Part shown: positions 16,778-26,879 of the stretch, piece after piece
Numbering within the stretch: the first letter of the stretch is position 1
Layout of the letters: each line of letters starts with the position of its first letter
Origin: Candidatus Omnitrophota bacterium
GTDB lineage: Bacteria > Omnitrophota > Gorgyraeia > Duberdicusellales > 4484-171
Direction of reading: 5' to 3'
Length of the DNA stretch: 32,000 nt
NCBI GenBank assembly: GCA_021735045.1
Contig: JAIPHU010000006.1
Location: 28,263-60,262, forward strand
Translations under genes and position numbers: made by a program
Notes under the pieces: model-generated
Database searches by the model: none
Seen by the model: the letters and a program-made list of their open reading frames with translations, nothing else
Told to the model about the DNA's origin: nothing

Positions 16778-17323
16778 ATGAAAAAGAAAAGTTTAAGCAC
16801 AATAAAGAAAAAGTTAGCTAAGATAAAGCTTCTGATTTTAGATGTTGACGGTGTTCTCACCAAAGAAGAGATCGTTTATGACGATCACGGCAGAGAACTA
16901 AAAATGTTCAACGTAAAGGATGGCCTGGGAGTTTATCTTCTTTCTGTAATCGGAGTAAAGACCATTTTTCTTTCAGCTAAAAATTCACCAATACTAAAAA
17001 AACGAGCAAAAGACATGCACGTGGTGGAGGTACGCGGTGGAAAAATACCTAAAGAAGGTGAGCTGGAAGAAATTAAAGATAAATACCAAGTAGAAGAAGA
17101 AGAAATTTGTTTTATTGGTGATGATTTAATCGATTTAGGAATGATTGAAAAAGCAGGGGTGGGAATAGCAGTAAAAAACTCTTACTCTGAAGTAAAAAAT
17201 AGTTCTGATTATGTAACCTTACGCCAAGGTGGCCAAGGGGCTGTCCGTGAAGTAGCAGATCTAATAATCGATGCAAAAAAAGCCAAGAAAAAGATTCTTC
17301 AGTTTATCAAAAAACCTAGATAA
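16778..17323 (+). CDS. kdsC: Kdo 8-phosphate phosphatase (HAD-IIIA, YrbI family)
   Basis: 181 aa with LLILDVDGVLT and FIGDDLIDL, positioned between kdsD and lptC as in many Gram-negatives. Confidence 0.85.
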   Translation: MKKKSLSTIKKKLAKIKLLILDVDGVLTKEEIVYDDHGRELKMFNVKDGLGVYLLSVIGVKTIFLSAKNSPILKKRAKDMHVVEVRGGKIPKEGELEEIKDKYQVEEEEICFIGDDLIDLGMIEKAGVGIAVKNSYSEVKNSSDYVTLRQGGQGAVREVADLIIDAKKAKKKILQFIKKPR

Positions 17324-17333
17324 ACTCCTAGTA

Positions 17334-17361
17334 TTGACTTTATCTTCTTATCTGATATAGT
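17334..17361 (+). promoter_or_regulatory. Candidate sigma70-type promoter for lptC/A-lptB
   Basis: TTGACT (17334-17339), a 16-nt spacer, then TATAGT (17356-17361). The ORF-track GTG start at 17360 lies inside the -10 hexamer, which argues for the ATG at 17384. Confidence 0.45.
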
Positions 17362-17383
17362 GATATTCTTTTTAAGGGAAACT

Positions 17384-18211
17384 ATGCGTTATATAATATT
17401 TTTTCTTTTTATATCAGCCCTTTGTTTTACATCTACGCCTGCTGGTTATGGAAACACCAAACAGGAAATAAAAGATTTTTATCTTTCTAATTTTAAAAAA
17501 GACGGTTCCAGTGATTGGGAAATAGAGGGAAAAGAAGCAATCGTAGACGGAGATTATATTGACATTGAAACTATGAACGCCAACTACTATACAGATGGCG
17601 ATACTATCTCGGTTAAATCAAACAAAGCAAGATTAAATAAAAAAAATCAAAATGTCCAGCTTGACGGAAATGTAGTAATAGAGAACAAGGAAGGGTGGAA
17701 CCTTAAAACTAATCATCTCGATTGGCAGCGAAAAGAAAACTATATAAAAACAGATTCTTCGGTAACTACCAAAAAGGATGATTTTTTAGTCAAAGCTAAC
17801 GGTTTATATGCTGATTCCCAACTTAAAAAAGCTGACTTTAAAAAAGATGTTAAAGTAACCTATACAGACAAAGATAAGAAAAACGCAACTACAATAAGTT
17901 GCGATGGGCCCCTTGAAATAGAATATAATCAAAATAGGGCAACTTTTAAAAATAACGTAGTAGTAAACCATAAACAAGGGAAACTCTTTTCTGATCTGGC
18001 AATTCTTTTTTTTGATACAAAGGAAAAGACAATTACCAAGATTGTATCAAAAGGGCATGTTAAAATCATAAGAGACGATAATGTTACTTTTGCCAAAAAA
18101 GCTACTTATTTAGCTGACCAAGAAAAGCTTGTTTTAGAAGGTAGCCCGCGTTTGATTTATTTTCCGAAAGAAAACGGTGATAACTCTTCAGGTTTTTTTG
18201 GAATGGATTAA
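17384..18211 (+). CDS. lptC: LPS transport periplasmic protein: N-terminal anchor plus LptC-like and LptA/OstA-like segments (apparent LptC-LptA fusion)
   Basis: Start chosen at the ATG with AAGGGA 6 nt upstream. TM anchor MRYIIFFLFISALCF, LptC-like GNVVIENKEGWNLKTNHLDW, then OstA-like ATFKNNVVVNHKQGKLFSDLAILFFD...ATYLADQEKLVLEGSP. No separate lptA lies before lptB. Confidence 0.7.
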   Translation: MRYIIFFLFISALCFTSTPAGYGNTKQEIKDFYLSNFKKDGSSDWEIEGKEAIVDGDYIDIETMNANYYTDGDTISVKSNKARLNKKNQNVQLDGNVVIENKEGWNLKTNHLDWQRKENYIKTDSSVTTKKDDFLVKANGLYADSQLKKADFKKDVKVTYTDKDKKNATTISCDGPLEIEYNQNRATFKNNVVVNHKQGKLFSDLAILFFDTKEKTITKIVSKGHVKIIRDDNVTFAKKATYLADQEKLVLEGSPRLIYFPKENGDNSSGFFGMD

Positions 18212-18237
18212 AATCAAAATAATATCGATTAGTCAAA

Positions 18238-18960
18238 ATGCGCCTTTTAGAAGTCAAAAATTTAACTAAAAGCTACGGCACAAACACTGTAGTAAAAGAC
18301 TTATCCCTTTCCGTAAAAAGAGGAGAAGTTGTAGGCTTGCTTGGGCCAAATGGTGCAGGCAAAACTACTAGCTTTTATATGATTGTCGGGATTATTTCAC
18401 CTGATAAAGGCAAAATACTCTTTGATAATGAAGATATTACTTATTTACCAATTCACTTGCGGGCAAAGTTCGGTATAGGCTATCTTTCGCAAGAACCATC
18501 TGTATTTAGAAAACTTACTGTTGAAGAAAATATACTAGCAATACTTGAAACTTTGCCAATAAACCGAAGCCAAAGATTAAGCAGATTAAACGAACTATTA
18601 GAAGAATTAAGAATATCTCATCTACGCAAAAATCAAGCTTATACTTTAAGCGGAGGAGAAATGCGCAGGTTAGAAATAACCCGGGCTTTGGTGACCAATC
18701 CTTCTTTTCTTTTACTTGACGAACCTTTTTCCGGGATTGACCCCATTGTAGTAAAAGAGGCTCAGCAAATAATCGGAGAGCTAAAAGATAAAGGGCTGGG
18801 TATACTCATTACTGACCACAACGTCCGTGAGACACTTTCGATCACAGATAGAGCTTATTTAATTACAGAAGGGCAAATATTAACTGCTGGTAATTCAGAA
18901 GAGTTAATCAATCACGATAGAGCCCGAGAAGTATATTTAGGAAAAGATTTTAAAATGTAA
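18238..18960 (+). CDS. lptB: LPS export ABC transporter ATP-binding protein
   Basis: 240 aa with Walker A GPNGAGKTT, signature LSGGEMRR and Walker B LLLDEP, directly after lptC. Confidence 0.9.
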   Translation: MRLLEVKNLTKSYGTNTVVKDLSLSVKRGEVVGLLGPNGAGKTTSFYMIVGIISPDKGKILFDNEDITYLPIHLRAKFGIGYLSQEPSVFRKLTVEENILAILETLPINRSQRLSRLNELLEELRISHLRKNQAYTLSGGEMRRLEITRALVTNPSFLLLDEPFSGIDPIVVKEAQQIIGELKDKGLGILITDHNVRETLSITDRAYLITEGQILTAGNSEELINHDRAREVYLGKDFKM

Positions 18961-18976
18961 AACACAAACACACACA

Positions 18977-19007
18977 GCCCCGAACCGTACTTGTTCTGGT
19001 TCGGGGC
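18977..19007 (+). terminator. GC-rich stem-loop after lptB (10-bp stem, no U-tract)
   Basis: GCCCCGAACC (18977-18986) pairs with GGTTCGGGGC (18998-19007) around an 11-nt loop, and stands out against the AT-rich background. It is followed by AGATAAAT rather than a T-run. Confidence 0.4.
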
Positions 19008-19036
19008 AGATAAATAACTAAAGGGAGAGTGGAATT

Positions 19037-19924
19037 ATGGAAGTAAATGTTAAAAAGATTGATAAGTTAAAACATAAGTTAGATATAAAGTTAAGTGGTA
19101 AAGAGTTTAGCGATAAAAAAGATAAATTTTATGTTCAAGCTTCAAAAAAATTAAAGGTCCCCGGCTTTAGGCCCGGAAAAGCACCTTTGGATTTAATAAA
19201 AAAACACCACGAAAAAACACTTCAGGATGATTTTATAAAACAAAACCTTCCAGTAATCTATCAACAAGCCTTGGAGGAAAGTAAAGTTGCACCCGCCGGA
19301 CTTCCTAAAGTTTCAGATATAAAAATAACCGAACAATCTCTAAGCTTTGTAGCTGAAGTAGAACTACAGCCAAAAATAGATATAAAAGAAACTGTTTACA
19401 AGGGCCTAAAGATTAAAGACCAAAAAGTTAAACCTAATCCTAAGCAAGTGACAGAGATGATAAAAAAATTTAAAGAAGAAGTTAAAAAGATAACTGCAAA
19501 AGAGCTAGATAACCAAAAACTAGCTAAATGGGCTTCTTATCCAGATATGGATTCTTTTAAGGATGCTATCAGCACCCAGCTTCATCTGGAAAGCTTACAG
19601 AAAAGACGACAAGATATTGACAATCAGATCAAAACTCATCTTCTCAAATCTAATAAAATTGAAGTACCAGAAGCAGAAATAGAAAGATACCACAAACAAT
19701 TAGTTAACCGGCAGATGCAGCAACTACAGCAACAAGGCGTAAAACAACAGGATATAGAAAAATATAAAAGTGATTTTGCCAAAAAATTAAAACCTATGGC
19801 TGAAGACGAAGTAAAGTTTTTCTATATTTTACGAGCAATCGCAAAAAAAGAAAAAATAAAAGAGGACCGCGGCATGGCTGAAGCTATCCTGGGTCTTATT
19901 TTAAGCGAAGCCAAATTTAAATAA
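19037..19924 (+). CDS. tig: Trigger factor, short form lacking the FKBP-type PPIase domain
   Basis: 295 aa. The ribosome-binding motif PGFRPGKAP lies in the N-domain, and the sequence runs straight from the end of the N-domain (MIKKFKEEV) into C-domain-like ELDNQKLAKW. It sits upstream of clpP. Confidence 0.8.
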   Translation: MEVNVKKIDKLKHKLDIKLSGKEFSDKKDKFYVQASKKLKVPGFRPGKAPLDLIKKHHEKTLQDDFIKQNLPVIYQQALEESKVAPAGLPKVSDIKITEQSLSFVAEVELQPKIDIKETVYKGLKIKDQKVKPNPKQVTEMIKKFKEEVKKITAKELDNQKLAKWASYPDMDSFKDAISTQLHLESLQKRRQDIDNQIKTHLLKSNKIEVPEAEIERYHKQLVNRQMQQLQQQGVKQQDIEKYKSDFAKKLKPMAEDEVKFFYILRAIAKKEKIKEDRGMAEAILGLILSEAKFK

Positions 19925-19938
19925 ATTAAGGAGGCTAA

Positions 19939-20535
19939 ATGAAAAATCAAGCTTATGTTCCCATGGTTATTGAAAAAACTGGACGAGCCGAACGAGCTTA
20001 TGATATTTTTTCTCGACTTCTTAAAGACAGAATAATCTTTATCGGAACACCAGTTGATGATAATGTAGCTAATGTAGTTATTGCACAAATGTTATTTTTA
20101 CAGATGGAAGATGTAAAAAAAGATATAAGCCTCTATATTAACTCACCGGGGGGAGCGATAACTGCTGGAATGGCAATTTACGATACAATGCAATTTGTAA
20201 AATGTGATGTAGCCACTTACTGTATAGGACAAGCTGCCTCCTTAGGAGCTTTACTTCTTGCTTCCGGAGCAAAAAACAAAAGGTTTGCTCTACCAAACTC
20301 TCGAATAATGATCCATCAACCTTGGGGTGGATATCAGGGAACAGCAGCCGATATTGCGATTCATGCCAAAGAAATAATAAACGTAAAAGAAAAAGTAAAT
20401 AAAATTTTATCTGAGCATACAGGAAGGTCTTTAAAGCAAATTGAAAAAGACACCGATCGTGATTATTTTATGTCTGCAAAAGAGTCAAAGAATTACGGAA
20501 TAGTAGATGACGTTATTGAAAAAACTAAAAAGTAA
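19939..20535 (+). CDS. clpP: ATP-dependent Clp protease proteolytic subunit
   Basis: 198 aa with [17 protein letters not shown] (Ser nucleophile) and MIHQP (His). Confidence 0.95.
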   Translation: MKNQAYVPMVIEKTGRAERAYDIFSRLLKDRIIFIGTPVDDNVANVVIAQMLFLQMEDVKKDISLYINSPGGAITAGMAIYDTMQFVKCDVATYCIGQAASLGALLLASGAKNKRFALPNSRIMIHQPWGGYQGTAADIAIHAKEIINVKEKVNKILSEHTGRSLKQIEKDTDRDYFMSAKESKNYGIVDDVIEKTKK

Positions 20536-20556
20536 ACAAGTTAAAAAGGAGACAAA

Positions 20557-21690
20557 ATGAAACGTAAAAATTTAATGACTCCCGGGCCTTCACCGGTGCC
20601 TTCCTTCTTACGAGAAGCTTTGGCTAAAGAAATAATTCATCATCGAACTGATGAATTTAGAGATATTTTAGCTGATGTACATAAGGGGCTTCAAACCCTT
20701 CTTTTTACCAAAAACCCTGTAGCTGTTCTTTCAGCCTCGGGAACAGGAGCAATGGAAGCAGCTATCAGCAACCTATTTTCTAAGGGCGATAAAGTTATTG
20801 CAATATCCGGAGGAAAATTTGGCCAACGTTGGGTTGAAATTGCAAATAATTTTTCCTTAGACGTAGTTGAGATGGAAATAAACTGGGGAGATGCTCCGGA
20901 ACTTAAAGAATTAAAAAAAATTCTTGATGAAAATAAAGAAGTAAAAGCAGTATTGACTACCCTTTGTGAAACATCTACCGCAACAGTATATGACATTGAA
21001 AATATTACAAAAGTCGCCAAAGAATCAGGTGCAATAACTGTAGTAGATGCAATCAGTGGCTTAGGCCAAGATAAGCTTCTTACTGACCAATGGGGTGTTG
21101 ATGTAGTGGTCAGTGGTTCTCAAAAAGGATTAATGCTTCCGCCCGGTCTTTCTTTTATAAGCATAAATAATAAGGCAAAAGAACTGATGGAAAAATCTGA
21201 GCTGCCTAAATACTATTTCGATTTAAAAAAAGCTTTAGCTAAAGGTAAAAATAACGACACACCTTATACCCCAGCGGTTACTCTTGTTGTTGCTTTAGCT
21301 GCTGCTTTAGATGCTATTAACAAAGAAGGAGTTGAGGCTCGTTGGAAAAAATTTGAAAAACTAGCAAAAGCAACACGCTCAGCAGCAGAAGCTCTTGGGC
21401 TTTCTGTTCTTTCTACTAGCCCTTCTGCTTCAGCAACTGCAATTAAATTTCCGGAAAACATAAAATCTTCTCAGGTCGTAAAGATCCTCAGAGATAAATA
21501 TGGCGTTAGTGTTGCTGGCGGACAAGCTCAGTTAAAGAATAAAATCATAAGAATAGCTCATATGGGCTGGATAAATGCACAGGATTTAATTTCTTGTTTT
21601 TCGCTTCTTGAGGTTGCGCTCAAAGAAGTAGGGCATCAATTTAAGCCAGGCAGCTCACTTGTACAATTGGAGGAGGTTATCTATGGCTGA
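20557..21690 (+). CDS. Class V aminotransferase (serine-glyoxylate/alanine-glyoxylate family; probably the phosphoserine aminotransferase partner of serA)
   Basis: 377 aa with the PLP-lysine context SGSQKGLMLPPG. Its stop overlaps the serA start (ATGGCTGA). Confidence 0.75.
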   Translation: MKRKNLMTPGPSPVPSFLREALAKEIIHHRTDEFRDILADVHKGLQTLLFTKNPVAVLSASGTGAMEAAISNLFSKGDKVIAISGGKFGQRWVEIANNFSLDVVEMEINWGDAPELKELKKILDENKEVKAVLTTLCETSTATVYDIENITKVAKESGAITVVDAISGLGQDKLLTDQWGVDVVVSGSQKGLMLPPGLSFISINNKAKELMEKSELPKYYFDLKKALAKGKNNDTPYTPAVTLVVALAAALDAINKEGVEARWKKFEKLAKATRSAAEALGLSVLSTSPSASATAIKFPENIKSSQVVKILRDKYGVSVAGGQAQLKNKIIRIAHMGWINAQDLISCFSLLEVALKEVGHQFKPGSSLVQLEEVIYG

Positions 21691-23269
21691 TAAAATTTTA
21701 ATATCTGACAAATTAAGCAAACAAGGAATAGAAATTTTAGAAAAGGCTGGTTTCGAAGTCGATTGTAAGTATAACCTTTCTCCAAAAGAACTAAAAAAAG
21801 AGATAGCTAACTATCAAGCAATTGTAATAAGAAGCGGTACAAAACTTACTGCAGATATTATTGCTGCTGCTAAAAATTTAAAATTTATCGCTAGAGCCGG
21901 AGTCGGAGTTGACAATATCGATATTCCAGCTGCTACTAACTCGGGAATAATTGTTATGAATGCTCCCGGAGGAAACACTATTTCAACTTGTGAACAAACC
22001 TTTGCCTTACTTCTTTCAGTTGCAAGAAATATTCCTTTTGCCTATCAATCCTTAAAAGAAAAAAAATGGGAAAGATCAAAATTTAAAGGAACCGAACTCT
22101 ACCTTAAGAAATTAGGGATAGTTGGCCTAGGAAGAATCGGCAAAGAAGTAGCTAAGAGAGCTTTATCTTTTGGAATGGAAGTTTTAGTTTACGACCCCTT
22201 TTTACAAAAAGAAATTGCTGAGCGTCTCGGAATAAAATCAGTAAATTTAGAAGATTTAATTAAAAAATCAGATTTTATTACAGTACACACACCTTTAACC
22301 AAAACAACTAAGGATTTAATCTCGGGTAAAGAGCTGGAAATGATGAAACCTTCCGCTTATGTTATAAATTGTGCCCGGGGAGGAATCATAAATGAAGAGG
22401 CCTTGGCTAAAGCCTTAGCCGATAAAAAAATAGCCGGGGCTGCTGTAGATGTCTACTCTCAAGAACCTCCTTTAGAGCTAAAGTTTATTGATGCTGAGGG
22501 GTTAATCGCAACTCCCCACCTAGGGGCATCAACAAAAGAAGCACAGCTAAATGTTGCTATTGAAGCAGCTAATTCAGTAAAAGATGCTCTTTTAGGTAGA
22601 GCAATTAATAACGCTATAAACTATGCCCAGCTTGAACCTGAAACCTATCAAGCCATGCAACCTTATTTTAACTTAGCCGATAAAATGGGGTCTTTTATCT
22701 CTCAACTCACTGAAGGAGCAATAAAAACTGTGCAGATATCTTACTTAGGTAAAATATCTACTCAAAAGGTAGATATTATCGGGGGAATGTTTCTAAAAGG
22801 GCTGCTTTCTCAACAAGTCGAAAAAGATATAAATCAAATTAATGCTATAGACGTAGCCAAAGAACGCGGAGTAAAGATAGAGCAAATTAAAGCACCTGAG
22901 GAACAAGAGTATATAAATTCACTCCGGCTCAAAATAACTACCGACAAAGACGAAAAAACCTTAGAAGGAACTCTTTTCGCTAACTCCGATCCCCGTTTTG
23001 TGAGCATGAATGGTGTATCACTTGAGGTATCACCTTCGACTCACATGTTGGTTATAAACAACAAGGATATGCCTGGTGTAATCGGATTCTTGGGGACTAC
23101 TTTGGGAAAAGATAATGTAAATATTGCTGGAATGAGCCTAGGCCGACATACCCCCAAAGGCACAGCCCTTACTATTCTTAACTTAGATAATGCACCAGAA
23201 GAAAAAGTCATTGAAAAAATTAAAGCCAATCCTAATATAATATCGGTTAAAACGACAAAACTTGAATAA
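21683..23269 (+). CDS. serA: D-3-phosphoglycerate dehydrogenase (long form with C-terminal ACT domain)
   Basis: Start set at the ATG preceded by GGAGGAGG (MADKILISD), not at the TTG at 21659. NAD motif GIVGLGRIGKEVA; C-terminal regulatory domain (VINNKDMPGVIG). Confidence 0.9.
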   Translation: MADKILISDKLSKQGIEILEKAGFEVDCKYNLSPKELKKEIANYQAIVIRSGTKLTADIIAAAKNLKFIARAGVGVDNIDIPAATNSGIIVMNAPGGNTISTCEQTFALLLSVARNIPFAYQSLKEKKWERSKFKGTELYLKKLGIVGLGRIGKEVAKRALSFGMEVLVYDPFLQKEIAERLGIKSVNLEDLIKKSDFITVHTPLTKTTKDLISGKELEMMKPSAYVINCARGGIINEEALAKALADKKIAGAAVDVYSQEPPLELKFIDAEGLIATPHLGASTKEAQLNVAIEAANSVKDALLGRAINNAINYAQLEPETYQAMQPYFNLADKMGSFISQLTEGAIKTVQISYLGKISTQKVDIIGGMFLKGLLSQQVEKDINQINAIDVAKERGVKIEQIKAPEEQEYINSLRLKITTDKDEKTLEGTLFANSDPRFVSMNGVSLEVSPSTHMLVINNKDMPGVIGFLGTTLGKDNVNIAGMSLGRHTPKGTALTILNLDNAPEEKVIEKIKANPNIISVKTTKLE

Positions 23270-23284
23270 AACAACAAAGAATAA

Positions 23285-24559
<1,275 letters not shown>

Positions 24560-24560
24560 G

Positions 24561-26666
24561 ATGGAGTTAATATTTGTTTTTGCAGGTTCATTATTAGCTT
24601 TAATTTTTTGTGGTTATTTAATCAGGTGGATCTTTAAACAACCACAGGGTAACGAAAAAATGATTGAAATTAGCAACTATATATTTGAAGGTGCCAAAGG
24701 GTACCTGCGCCAGCAATACAAAGTAGTTGGGATATTTTTTGCTGTTGTTTTTTTAATATTACTAACTATGGCTCTAAAAGGCCTGCTTGTAATATTTGTC
24801 CCTTTTGCTTTTCTAACCGGCGGTTTATTTTCAGGATTTTGCGGTTTTCTGGGAATGTGTATATCCGCAAAATCAAATGCCCGCACTACAGCAGGCGCTC
24901 AGCAAAGTTTAAATAAGGGCTTACGAGTAGCTTTTAGCGCCGGAACCGTTATGGGAATTATTGTAGTTGGCCTTGGATTGCTTGAGATGGCTGGCTGGTT
25001 TGTGTTTTTAAAATGGTATTACACAAACAACCCCCTTCCCTATGGAAGCGATCTATTTACAGCAATTACCTCAACTATGCTTTGTTTTGGTATGGGAGCA
25101 TCAAGCTACGCCTTATTTGCTCGTTTAGGCGGCGGAATTTATACAAAAGCTGCTGATGTTGGAGCCGATTTGGTAGGAAAAGTCGAAGCAGGAATTCCCG
25201 AAGATGATCCCAGAAATCCTGCTGTTATCGCCGACCAAGTTGGTGATAACGTTGGAGATGTTGCTGGAATGGGAGCAGACCTCTATGAATCTTATGTCGA
25301 TTCAATAGTAGCCACGATGGCACTTGCTGCAGCAGCAGGATTGGGGTTAAAAGGCGTTATAACCCCTTTGCTTATGGCAACAGCCGGTGTAGTCGCATCT
25401 TTGGTCGGATACTTTTTTGTTCGAACCAAAGAAGATGCTACTCAAAGCTCTTTACTTAAAGCGCTACGTAAGGGGGTTTGGACTGCTGCTGGACTAATCA
25501 TTATTTTTTCCTTTTTTATCATCAAGCACTACTTACCAGGACATATGGGTGTGTTTGGATCTGTTGTAATCGGCCTTCTAGCCGGAATTTTTATCGGCTT
25601 TTTTACTGAATATTTCACATCAAGCGGTTACAGTCCAACCAAAAAACTTTCCAAATCATCTGAAACCGGAACCGCAACATTTATAATCGAAGGAATTGCC
25701 TTGGGAATGCTTTCACCAGTAGGAGCAGTACTTACAGTAGGAGCTGCAATTTTATCAAGTTTTGCAGTAAGCGGTGGTTTCCAAAATTTTGGCATGGGGC
25801 TCTATGGCGTAGGAATCTCTGCAGTAGGGATGCTTTCTACTTTAGGCATTACTTTATCTACTGATGCCTACGGCCCGGTTGCTGATAATGCCGGCGGTGT
25901 AGCAGAGATGGCTGAGCTTGGGCCTGAAGTCAGAAAAAAAACTGATCAACTTGACTCTTTAGGAAACACAACTGCTGCAACCGGAAAAGGCTTTGCTATC
26001 GGTTCAGCAGCTCTTACCGCATTAGCCTTGATCGTGGCTTATCGCGATCATGTAATCAATGAAGCCGGCAGGTTGGGTAAAGCAGTCGATCTAAGCTTAA
26101 CCTTGCTTGAACCAAATGTAATTATTGGACTCTTTATTGGAGCACTTATGCCTTTTGTATTTTGTTCATTATCTCTAAAAGCCGTAAGTAGAGCTGCAGC
26201 CTCAATAATAGAAGAAGTTCGCAGGCAATTTTCTCAGATAGTCGGCTTACTCGAAGGTAAAGCTAAAGCAGATTATTCTCGCTGTGTAACTATTACTACC
26301 AAAGCAGCTCAAAAAGAAATGATCTTGCCTTCTCTTTTAGCAATAATCGCCCCAATTGCAACTGGTATCCTTTTAGGAGTAAGAGGTACAATGGGCCTAC
26401 TAATTGGAGCTTTAGCTTCAGGGTTTGTTCTTGCGATTATGATGGCTAATGCTGGTGGTGCCTGGGATAACGCTAAAAAATATATTGAAGAAGGACATTT
26501 TGGCGGTAAAGGGTCTGACTCACATAAAGCAGCCGTAACCGGAGACACAATAGGCGACCCTTGTAAAGACACAGCTGGCCCGTCTCTAAATATTTTAATT
26601 AAGTTAATGTCAATGGTTTCAATTGTATTTAGTGGTCTAGTAATCTCCTTCAGCCTATTCAAATGA
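24561..26666 (+). CDS. hppA: Membrane-integral cation-translocating pyrophosphatase, K+-dependent subtype signature
   Basis: 701 aa and polytopic, with GGGIYTKAADVGADLVGKVE, DNVGDNVGD and GNTTAATGKGFAIGSAAL (Ala, not Lys, in GNTT[A/K]A). Strong G-rich RBS. Confidence 0.95.
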   Translation: MELIFVFAGSLLALIFCGYLIRWIFKQPQGNEKMIEISNYIFEGAKGYLRQQYKVVGIFFAVVFLILLTMALKGLLVIFVPFAFLTGGLFSGFCGFLGMCISAKSNARTTAGAQQSLNKGLRVAFSAGTVMGIIVVGLGLLEMAGWFVFLKWYYTNNPLPYGSDLFTAITSTMLCFGMGASSYALFARLGGGIYTKAADVGADLVGKVEAGIPEDDPRNPAVIADQVGDNVGDVAGMGADLYESYVDSIVATMALAAAAGLGLKGVITPLLMATAGVVASLVGYFFVRTKEDATQSSLLKALRKGVWTAAGLIIIFSFFIIKHYLPGHMGVFGSVVIGLLAGIFIGFFTEYFTSSGYSPTKKLSKSSETGTATFIIEGIALGMLSPVGAVLTVGAAILSSFAVSGGFQNFGMGLYGVGISAVGMLSTLGITLSTDAYGPVADNAGGVAEMAELGPEVRKKTDQLDSLGNTTAATGKGFAIGSAALTALALIVAYRDHVINEAGRLGKAVDLSLTLLEPNVIIGLFIGALMPFVFCSLSLKAVSRAAASIIEEVRRQFSQIVGLLEGKAKADYSRCVTITTKAAQKEMILPSLLAIIAPIATGILLGVRGTMGLLIGALASGFVLAIMMANAGGAWDNAKKYIEEGHFGGKGSDSHKAAVTGDTIGDPCKDTAGPSLNILIKLMSMVSIVFSGLVISFSLFK

Positions 26667-26684
26667 GGGAAAAACAATAAAGGG

Positions 26685-26833
26685 AATAAACAATAGACAA
26701 ATTCCAAACTACAAACAAATTACAATATACAATAAACAAAAGGCATTAAAAGAATTCACCAACAATAAAGAGGAAAGTATATAGCTTTTTGTTTGTATAT
26801 TGTCTATTGAGTATTGTTTGTAATTTGTTTATT
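26685..26833. repeat. ACAA-rich / TTGT-rich shuffled inverted repeat (about 150 nt) between hppA and the next gene
   Basis: Exact complementary blocks: 26685-26692 with 26826-26833; 26691-26700 with 26800-26809; 26714-26725 with 26818-26829; 26723-26732 with 26793-26802 (plus 26736-26741 with 26787-26792). Confidence 0.7.
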
Positions 26834-26879
26834 GGGTATTGCATATTTCGCATATTTGCGATTAGCTGTTGTTTATAAT

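Noticed and set aside
17360-17383. Longer N-terminal extensions proposed by the ORF track (GTG 17360 for lptC; likewise TTG 21659 for serA and TTG 26814 for the YkgJ-like gene).
   Set aside because: 17360 lies inside a -10 hexamer, and the ATG at 17384 has an AAGGGA RBS. The serA ATG at 21683 follows GGAGGAGG and gives the canonical MADKILISD start. The 26814 extension is encoded by the TTGT-rich repeat arm.
26667-26879. A replication origin (AT-rich, repeat-laden intergenic region).
   Set aside because: No TTATCCACA-type DnaA boxes were seen on either strand, no dnaA/dnaN neighbourhood is present, and the gene orientation does not switch here.
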